Of a stretch of 64,000 nt of DNA, positions 57,574 to 64,000 are shown one piece after another (position 1 is the stretch's first letter; the number at the start of each line of letters is the position of its first letter). The notes below the pieces were generated by a model, which was not told where the DNA came from, did not search any database, and was given only the letters and a program-made list of their open reading frames with translations. This DNA is from Nanobdellota archaeon (GTDB lineage: Archaea > Nanobdellota > Nanobdellia > Pacearchaeales > GW2011-AR1), in NCBI GenBank assembly GCA_038046005.1, contig JBBSXB010000003.1:17328-81327 (forward strand), read 5' to 3'. The position numbers were made by a program, and so were the translations under genes.

Positions 57574-58707
57574 TCAAGAAAACCTTCTCAACTTTTCAAC
57601 TATTTTAGTTAGCTTTTCAATAACATAATCAATCTCTTCTTTTGTTGTGTACTTGCTTATGCTTATTCTTATTGAACCTGCCAGTTGTTTCGGATTTAAT
57701 CCAATTGCTTTCAAGACATGGCTTGATTCTTGAGAATGTGAAGCACAAGCCGAGCCTGTTGAAACATAAATTCCTTCATTCTCCAAATATCCTCCCAGAA
57801 CTTCGCCGTCTATATTGTTGAATGAAACGTTAATATTATTGCAGAGTCTTTTTTCTTTTGGCCCATTAAGATTTGTATTGGGAATTCTTAAAATTTTCCC
57901 TATTAAATAATCTCTTAATCCTTCCATGTTTTTCACGTCTTTCTGATTTGCAATTTCAACAGCTTTTGCGAATCCAACAATTCCAGAAACATTTTCTGTT
58001 CCAGATCTCATTTTTCTTTCGTGTCCACCGCCATGAAGCAAAGGATCTATTTTTATTCCTTCTCTTATATACAATGCCCCAACTCCTTTAGGGCCGTGGA
58101 TTTTGTGTGAATTCATAGTCATTAAATCAATATTCATTTTCTTTACATCAATAGGAACTTTTGTAAAACTCTGACAAGCGTCTGTATGAAATAAAACTCC
58201 TTTTGCTTTGCATATTTTTCCTATGTCTTCTATATTTTGTACTGTTCCTATCTCATTATTTCCATGTATAATTGAAACAAGGAAAGTTTTGTTTGTGATA
58301 GCTTTTTCAGCATCTTTAGGATTCACAAATCCTTCTTTATCAACACCTAAATAAGTCACTTGTGCAACATGCTTTTCAAGATATTTGCATGTATTAAGCA
58401 CACAATCATGCTCTATCTTAGAAGTTATTATATGTGTTTTTGAAGGATAGTTCGCATAAGTCAATCCAGTTATTGCAAAATTATTACTCTCAGTACCTCC
58501 TGAAGTAAAAACAATTTCAGAAGGTTTTGCGTTTATTGATTTAGCTATCATTCGCCTAGAATTTTCTAAAGCGTTTTTTGCCTCAAGCCCAAAAGTGTGG
58601 ATCGAAGAAGCATTTCCATACTTCTCGCTAAAATAAGGAAGCATTCCTTTCAAAACTTTTTCATCAACTTTTGTTGTTGCGGCATTGTCAAGATATATTT
58701 GTTTCAT
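57574..58707 (-). CDS. cysteine desulfurase (class V aminotransferase, NifS/IscS-like)
   Basis: PLP-lysine motif SHKIHGPKG and catalytic loop SGSACAS; 377 aa. Confidence 0.85.
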   Translation of the reverse strand: MKQIYLDNAATTKVDEKVLKGMLPYFSEKYGNASSIHTFGLEAKNALENSRRMIAKSINAKPSEIVFTSGGTESNNFAITGLTYANYPSKTHIITSKIEHDCVLNTCKYLEKHVAQVTYLGVDKEGFVNPKDAEKAITNKTFLVSIIHGNNEIGTVQNIEDIGKICKAKGVLFHTDACQSFTKVPIDVKKMNIDLMTMNSHKIHGPKGVGALYIREGIKIDPLLHGGGHERKMRSGTENVSGIVGFAKAVEIANQKDVKNMEGLRDYLIGKILRIPNTNLNGPKEKRLCNNINVSFNNIDGEVLGGYLENEGIYVSTGSACASHSQESSHVLKAIGLNPKQLAGSIRISISKYTTKEEIDYVIEKLTKIVEKLRRFS

Positions 58708-58708
58708 T

Positions 58709-59041
58709 TTAGGCTAGTTTATGACTGGCTTTTTCACACTTAGAACAAGGGGTTTTGCAAAAATTAGTGGAATGTTTGTCAATTAAATTTAATATTGGCA
58801 TTATAGTTTTTTTATTCAAGAAATAAATCCTTTCTTTTCCTTGTTTTTTTGACTCAACAATATTGCAGCATCTTAAAGAAGCAAGGGCATGAGAAAGCTT
58901 ACTTTGTTCAACTCCCAATTCCTTGTAAAGTTTTGTGACGCTTTTTTCTTTGTCTCTTAAACTTAAGACTATATCAATCCTTAATGGGTTTGCAAGATTG
59001 CTGAAAAAGAAATGGTACGATGCATTACCTGAATTACTCAT
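58709..59041 (-). CDS. ArsR-like wHTH regulator with C-terminal Cys cluster
   Basis: LANPLRIDIVLSLRDKEKSVTKLYKELGVEQSKLSHALASLRCCNIVE HTH; CKTPCSKC tail; stop 1 nt before the desulfurase start. Confidence 0.55.
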   Translation of the reverse strand: MSNSGNASYHFFFSNLANPLRIDIVLSLRDKEKSVTKLYKELGVEQSKLSHALASLRCCNIVESKKQGKERIYFLNKKTIMPILNLIDKHSTNFCKTPCSKCEKASHKLA

Positions 59042-59091
59042 ATGAAGCCATGTTCATATATATTTATAAATGTTTGGGATAAGAATGAAAA

Positions 59092-59712
59092 TTATGCTGA
59101 TCTTAATGCCTCTTTTAAATCTTGGCTCTTTGGCACGTCGCCAAAAAGCTTTTTTCTTAGATCATGCGGAGCCTCTTGGTAGGGGATTGTGAAAGATTCT
59201 TCTTCTAACTTAGAATTATTTTCATATTTTTCGTCTCTTGTATCTTTGACAGAAACCGCAGTTAGATGTAATCCTCCGGTGTTAGCTCTTTTTTCCAAAG
59301 GACCTTGACTAACTATCACAGATACAATAGTGTCATAGTCAAAAGATTTAGTTAGTTTGCCAAATAAACTTGGAGATGTTTGTGTGATCGTTCTATTTGA
59401 TCTATCTATCACTGTTCTAGTTTTACTTTGATTGTAAATTTCTTTAAAAATTCCTGGTGCAGTCGCTAGGGGGAGTAATCCAACAATCACTGCTCCAACA
59501 AGAGACCAACCAGCCTGGTCTCCATCAGCCCAACTTTCTTTCCATGCTTGAGCGTTCCAAATTCCATCAGGAACATGGCTTTCTGCAATCCTTTGAGTAT
59601 TAAGGTAAAGTCCAGTTGCTAATGCCCCAAACATTCCATAAAGAGCAGCAGTCTTTGTATAGGCGTTCTTTACTGCTTTTGTTGCAGAGGTAATTATTTG
59701 AGTTTGATTCAT
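59092..59712 (-). CDS. hypothetical membrane-associated protein (206 aa)
   Basis: Two hydrophobic segments near the N-terminus; no motif. Confidence 0.35.
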   Translation of the reverse strand: MNQTQIITSATKAVKNAYTKTAALYGMFGALATGLYLNTQRIAESHVPDGIWNAQAWKESWADGDQAGWSLVGAVIVGLLPLATAPGIFKEIYNQSKTRTVIDRSNRTITQTSPSLFGKLTKSFDYDTIVSVIVSQGPLEKRANTGGLHLTAVSVKDTRDEKYENNSKLEEESFTIPYQEAPHDLRKKLFGDVPKSQDLKEALRSA

Positions 59713-59799
59713 ATTTTTTCTATAATCTTCCTATTTTTAAATCTTTCTTTAGTCGCCATTTTCAAGTTACTTTAAACTATAAAAACCTTAGAATCAGAA

Positions 59800-60111
59800 T
59801 TATTTTCCTTTGTCTGCTGGCTGATAAATTCCATCTTTAAGAAAATAAGCTGTGCCATCATCTGCCTGAAAATAAGTAATCCCATTGTCACTCGTCTTTT
59901 TCGTGGTTGTTACAAAGCTTCCATCTTCTTGCCCTATAAACAAACAAGTATATGATCTGAGAAAATCTTGTGAAAAAGTAATTATATCTACAATTCCATC
60001 CCCAGTCAAGTCTTTATGTTCTTTGATTATTGGTTTAACACACCCAGCTAGTCCTAAAGCCAATATTCCTGCTCCTAATGTTTTTTGTAGTTTGTTCATT
60101 TTATTTTCCAT
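59800..60111 (-). CDS. small secreted/lipobox-like protein with DxTGDG Ca-binding-like motif
   Basis: Signal with GLAGC, then DLTGDGIVDIITF (FG-GAP-like / DxDGDG-like loop). Confidence 0.4.
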   Translation of the reverse strand: MENKMNKLQKTLGAGILALGLAGCVKPIIKEHKDLTGDGIVDIITFSQDFLRSYTCLFIGQEDGSFVTTTKKTSDNGITYFQADDGTAYFLKDGIYQPADKGK

Positions 60112-60430
60112 TCAATTGATTTTCTATTTTTTTGTACCGAGCTCGACAAACTTCCTCAGGATTTACATATGATGATTCTCTTTTTATCATTTCTGAAGCC
60201 GTAACATATCTTGTAATAGTTCCCTCATTAGTTCCATACAATGGTTTTTTGTGCCCTTGCCCCTCATTAGTTTCAATAACAATATCTGCAACACCATCAC
60301 CATTCAAATCTCTCATCTCTGCTGAAGCTGGTTTGTTCAAGTGTCCAGCATAAAAACCTACACCAAGTGCTAATACAGTTCCTGCTATTGCTCCAATCAA
60401 CCCTCCTCTAAATTCATCTTCATTAACCAT
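60101..60430 (-). CDS. paralogous small protein with DLNGDGVADIVIE motif
   Basis: Hydrophobic N-terminus, then DLNGDGVADIVIE; overlaps its paralog by 11 nt. Confidence 0.4.
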   Translation of the reverse strand: MVNEDEFRGGLIGAIAGTVLALGVGFYAGHLNKPASAEMRDLNGDGVADIVIETNEGQGHKKPLYGTNEGTITRYVTASEMIKRESSYVNPEEVCRARYKKIENQLNGK

Positions 60431-60495
60431 TCCAAAATTATAATATCTCCTTTTATAAAGATTTATATAAAAAATAAATCAAGCAACAGATCCTA

Positions 60496-63400
60496 TCAAG
60501 CTATGGCTTGTCCTGTAAGGGAAGCCTTGTTTTCCCAGGATTCTGGCTTCTCATTTTCGTCCATGAATTTGGAGCACTCTTCCTGGTTCTTTGGATCCTC
60601 GCAGTATTTTGTGCATTCTTCCTCGCTCTGGCATCCACCAGGGCCTTCTTTTCCTTTGTCTTGCTCTCCTCCTCCACCCATGACTTTTTCAAAAAACTGC
60701 TTTGCAAAGAATTTTCCACTGCCTTTTGCATCTTCAGGCGTAACAACTATCGAATTCATCAGACTATTAAACATGAAATACATTTTCACACCATCGACAA
60801 CGCCCTTTACAAGTTCTGTCTCTCTCTTTTTGTCCCAAGGAGGGCTTTGAAGCTCAACTCTCCCGCTTTCTTCATATTCAATTATGTCAAGCAATTTATT
60901 TACATCTAACTCAACTTTTATATTTTCTCCAGGATTCTGCTCAGGAGGCATTGGCTCAAAATAAATCAAGTCATTTTCATTTATCTTCATGTAAACATTA
61001 AAAGAAATCTCTCCTGTCTCAAAGTCTTTCAATTGAAGGATAAGATTCTCCCCGTATTTTTCATTGAAGTTTCTGATTTCTTTCACGAACTTACTATCCT
61101 CTCTTAATCTTTGCTTTTCCTCCTCTGAAAGAGTGTTTATTTTTTCTTCTTCAGATGGCCCAGGCAGCTCATGATTTTCCATTGATTTTTTCATCTCGAA
61201 TTTGAAGAATTCCCTTGATGGGAAAAGCCAAATCTTCATGTAAGGAGAAATGATTTCTTTCTGCTCTCCGAACTCACTTGTTGTCTTTATCTCTTCCCAA
61301 AATTCAACACTTCCATATTCTGTCTCGTATTTGAAATTAATAAGATTATAAGGCGGAAGTGAATCTTTATTCAAACATTCCAGTCTCTCTGTAATCTGCC
61401 TTGAAAGATCAACATCCCTCCAATACAGCTCAAATATTCCCGAGATATGCTCTTCCCATTTTTCAGCAGAATTGGCCACATACTTCTCAAAGAACCACGC
61501 TGCAAACTCTTGATTCAATGATTTTTCAAGTTCTCCTCTTTGTCTTATAAGGTTTTCAAGATCTTCTTTGCACCAGTCATTTCCGCCGTTTGAGTAATAT
61601 TTGTTTTTTATAAGATGGAAATTGCTGAAATCATCATCTTGGTTTCCAGCCCATCCGCCAAACCAGATAAATCCTTCTGTTTTTCCTTGTGCTTCCCTGC
61701 ATGACCCTCCGACAGTGAACACGAATTTTTCCTCTTTATGCTCTTCTTTTTCAGGTTCAACTCGTGTGTCTTCTCCTTTAAGGCATTTTTCAGAGCATTC
61801 TTCTGTGCATGAATCAATAGACACATCTGCCTTGCATTTTGTCTCACAGCTCACTTTTATTTCATCAACATTACACTCTAACTCTTCACCACAATCTTCA
61901 CGGATGCACTTTTCAACACACGGTCTGACCTCTCTGTCATAACACTCTCTGTCGCATCTTTCACCACACTCTTGAGTCCTTCTTTCTCTGTCATCCTCTC
62001 TTCTATCATCTTCTCTGTCTTGTTCATCAAATTGTTCTGGCTGCTGAAAATTTTCTTCTGGCCCTTGTACAGGAGGTTGGTCCCTAGGCTGTTCTGTTCC
62101 AGGCTCACTTGTTACACTTTCTTCTGGACTTGGGCTTTCTCCAGTACCGCCACTTCCACTTGTTTCTCCAGTGCTTCCCCCATCTGTAGGCACACTTTCA
62201 TCTCCTGTTGCAAATCCTGTTATTTTTCCTAATGACCTGAAAAAAGCGAAAATAAAATTTCCTGTAACAGGAGTTTCTTCAGCTTGTCCTTGGCTTCCAG
62301 TTTCCCCTGTATTTTCTTCAGGCTGCTCTGTTGTTTCTTGTTCAGGAGTTGTTTCTTCTGACACTTCTTCCTGTGTTCCGGGCTCTTCTGTTCCTGAGGA
62401 TGTTTGTTCTCCAGTTCCCTCTTCACTCTCTATGTCTTGAAAATATTCCTCGATTCCTTCGCTTATCTCTTCAACTTTTTCTGCTTGTGGTATTGTGACA
62501 CATCTTCCATTGCTGCATACATCATTCTCATTGCCGCAGTCGCTTACAACAGCACACTCACTTCCAACAACCTCTGTTTCCTCAACTATCTCTGTCCCAA
62601 CTCCTTCCTCACACACAACTCCTGTGGCTATCCATAATCCATCAACACATCCTTCTACAACAATATCCTCTCCTGATGAGCAATGGTTTATTTTTTCCTC
62701 TCCGTCAGTGCATTCTGCCTTTCTGCATTCTGTCAACTCAATAATCTGGCACACTCCTTCTATGCATGATGCCTCTCCACACAACGGGTCAGTGCAGTCA
62801 TCATCTGTTGCACATGTTGAATTTTCTGACAAACATACAGGCTCAAGAGGGCAGCCATCTTCACCTGTGCCTGAGAAAATTACATTTCCCAGACATTCTA
62901 AAGCTTCATGTTGTGCGCATGTTGCACAGTCCTCTGGACAAGTTGTTTGCTCGTTTTCCTCGCAAATATGGTTTCCGCAGATAGACACATTTTCATTTTG
63001 AACAATTTCTTCTTTTGCCTGGCACGCGCTTGTAATGCAGTACAATTCTATTTTTTTCTCTGTTGTTTGGTTGTTTTCTTCAACAGTTTTAGTTTCATAT
63101 CCGCAGACTTTTCCCCCGCATTGTAAGTCAGCGCAGTCTATCTGATTGTTTTCATTGTCATCAACATTATTGTTGCATATTTCCTCGCCCCTCTCCTTGA
63201 ATTCTTCAACAAGTCTTTGCTCCCACTGCTTTTGCTCATAATAGAATTCTTTTTTTTGATAGCTTGAAAATAATTCTGTGTAGAAGCTTTTCCTTTCCTC
63301 ATAGTTTGCTTTTCTTAATCTATTTTCTTCCTGCCTTCTTTCCTGGTCTTTTTTTATCCAGCAATATGTTTCACCACATTTCATCCTTTCCTCTTCAGAC

Positions 63401-64000
63401 ATTGTTTCCCAGAAATTCTGGTAGTTTTTATCAAGAGCCTGCCATACATTGTTTGCCTGTTCGTTCCATGCTTCTGTCAGCATCCTCAGCTCGTTTGATT
63501 TTCTCATTGCAGACTGGTAATCTCCTAATCCTATCTGGCTCTTTATCTCATCAATCATGCTTTTAGTTTCCTGCTTGAAGCTCTCTGAGCTATAGCTCGA
63601 GTATTTTTCCCTTCCAGAATCAAAATTTTCAACATTTTCTACAGGCTTAAAGCCACGCCCTCTTCCCTCTATCCACATGTTAAGGTTTATCCAGCTCCAA
63701 CCACAGTCATCACACATCTCAAATCTCATCGTGGCATCAAAATTTTCCGCTTCATACAACTCAATTTCCCAGACAATAAGTTTTTGATCCTCTCTCTTGT
63801 TTTCAGAGCCAATGACATCATTCATAAGCTCCTGGCATTGTGAGGGGTTTTGGTTGAAGTATTTATTGAAAGCCTGTTCAATGCTTACAGTCTTGCTTGC
63901 AAGAATTTCAAGTGTTTCTCTGCTTGGACTGTTTGCATAATTTTCAGCAAGGGATTTTGCCTCGCTGATTTTGCTTTTTATATCTAATTGCTCTTCAGGG
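60496..64000 (-). CDS. very large acidic, Cys-rich protein (more than 1160 aa; N-terminus beyond the window edge)
   Basis: The frame stays open to the window end, upstream of the first Met at 63825. EGF-like Cys spacing (CGNHICEENEQTTCPEDCATC...), long Glu/Thr/Pro acidic tracts, a second Cys cluster (ECGERCDRECYDREVRPCVEKC...), and a ~400-aa Cys-free C-terminal domain. Confidence 0.5.
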   Translation of the reverse strand, partial: PEEQLDIKSKISEAKSLAENYANSPSRETLEILASKTVSIEQAFNKYFNQNPSQCQELMNDVIGSENKREDQKLIVWEIELYEAENFDATMRFEMCDDCGWSWINLNMWIEGRGRGFKPVENVENFDSGREKYSSYSSESFKQETKSMIDEIKSQIGLGDYQSAMRKSNELRMLTEAWNEQANNVWQALDKNYQNFWETMSEEERMKCGETYCWIKKDQERRQEENRLRKANYEERKSFYTELFSSYQKKEFYYEQKQWEQRLVEEFKERGEEICNNNVDDNENNQIDCADLQCGGKVCGYETKTVEENNQTTEKKIELYCITSACQAKEEIVQNENVSICGNHICEENEQTTCPEDCATCAQHEALECLGNVIFSGTGEDGCPLEPVCLSENSTCATDDDCTDPLCGEASCIEGVCQIIELTECRKAECTDGEEKINHCSSGEDIVVEGCVDGLWIATGVVCEEGVGTEIVEETEVVGSECAVVSDCGNENDVCSNGRCVTIPQAEKVEEISEGIEEYFQDIESEEGTGEQTSSGTEEPGTQEEVSEETTPEQETTEQPEENTGETGSQGQAEETPVTGNFIFAFFRSLGKITGFATGDESVPTDGGSTGETSGSGGTGESPSPEESVTSEPGTEQPRDQPPVQGPEENFQQPEQFDEQDREDDRREDDRERRTQECGERCDRECYDREVRPCVEKCIREDCGEELECNVDEIKVSCETKCKADVSIDSCTEECSEKCLKGEDTRVEPEKEEHKEEKFVFTVGGSCREAQGKTEGFIWFGGWAGNQDDDFSNFHLIKNKYYSNGGNDWCKEDLENLIRQRGELEKSLNQEFAAWFFEKYVANSAEKWEEHISGIFELYWRDVDLSRQITERLECLNKDSLPPYNLINFKYETEYGSVEFWEEIKTTSEFGEQKEIISPYMKIWLFPSREFFKFEMKKSMENHELPGPSEEEKINTLSEEEKQRLREDSKFVKEIRNFNEKYGENLILQLKDFETGEISFNVYMKINENDLIYFEPMPPEQNPGENIKVELDVNKLLDIIEYEESGRVELQSPPWDKKRETELVKGVVDGVKMYFMFNSLMNSIVVTPEDAKGSGKFFAKQFFEKVMGGGGEQDKGKEGPGGCQSEEECTKYCEDPKNQEECSKFMDENEKPESWENKASLTGQAIA

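Noticed and set aside
1-64000. CRISPR arrays, rRNA genes, additional tRNAs
   Set aside because: No regularly spaced direct repeats were found. No rRNA-like conserved stretches were found. Only one cloverleaf, the tRNA-Lys at 25391..25464, was found in the intergenic regions inspected.

Overview
This is a low-GC (roughly one-third G+C) archaeal chromosomal fragment, and its compact, largely bacterial-flavoured accessory content suggests a DPANN-type genome (inference).

Conserved backbone:
- 5'-proximal housekeeping genes: a RelE/YoeB-like toxin-antitoxin pair, pcm, a CARDB-like surface protein, nfo, archaeal dnaG and cutA.
- The canonical archaeal transcription/translation cluster on the minus strand: rpoH, unsplit rpoB, an apparently fused rpoA'+A'', nusA, S12, S7, EF-2 and EF-1alpha. 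It is interrupted by several unknown small genes and lacks recognisable L30e and S10.
- tag, tRNA-Lys(UUU), trxA, and a Nudix hydrolase followed by a bacterial-type nrdR-nrdJ operon that has tandem NrdR-box-like palindromes upstream.

Accessory region from about 30.6 kb:
- A membrane-tethered HTH/beta-propeller protein.
- An AbiEii/AbiEi-like (type IV TA) pair, bounded by AT-rich direct repeats that recur around a 2.4 kb module of a DUF165 transporter, a methyltransferase and a SIMPL gene.
- A four-gene cluster of secreted or anchored surface proteins; two of them are tandem paralogs.
- A ~10 kb unidirectional minus-strand island with copA, copZ, an ArsR regulator, two cupredoxin-like proteins and a DsbA-like protein. 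It also carries many small Cys/Met/His-rich membrane proteins, including three tandem proteins that all end in the identical tail GMVGGC.
- A NifS/ArsR/PGAM/DUF1858 block.
- At the 3' edge, two FG-GAP-like small proteins and a very large acidic, Cys-rich protein that runs off the window.

The most unusual signals are the GMVGGC-tail family inside the metal island, the repeat-bounded AbiE/SIMPL region, and the reorganised rpo/ribosomal cluster. No CRISPR array or rRNA was seen.
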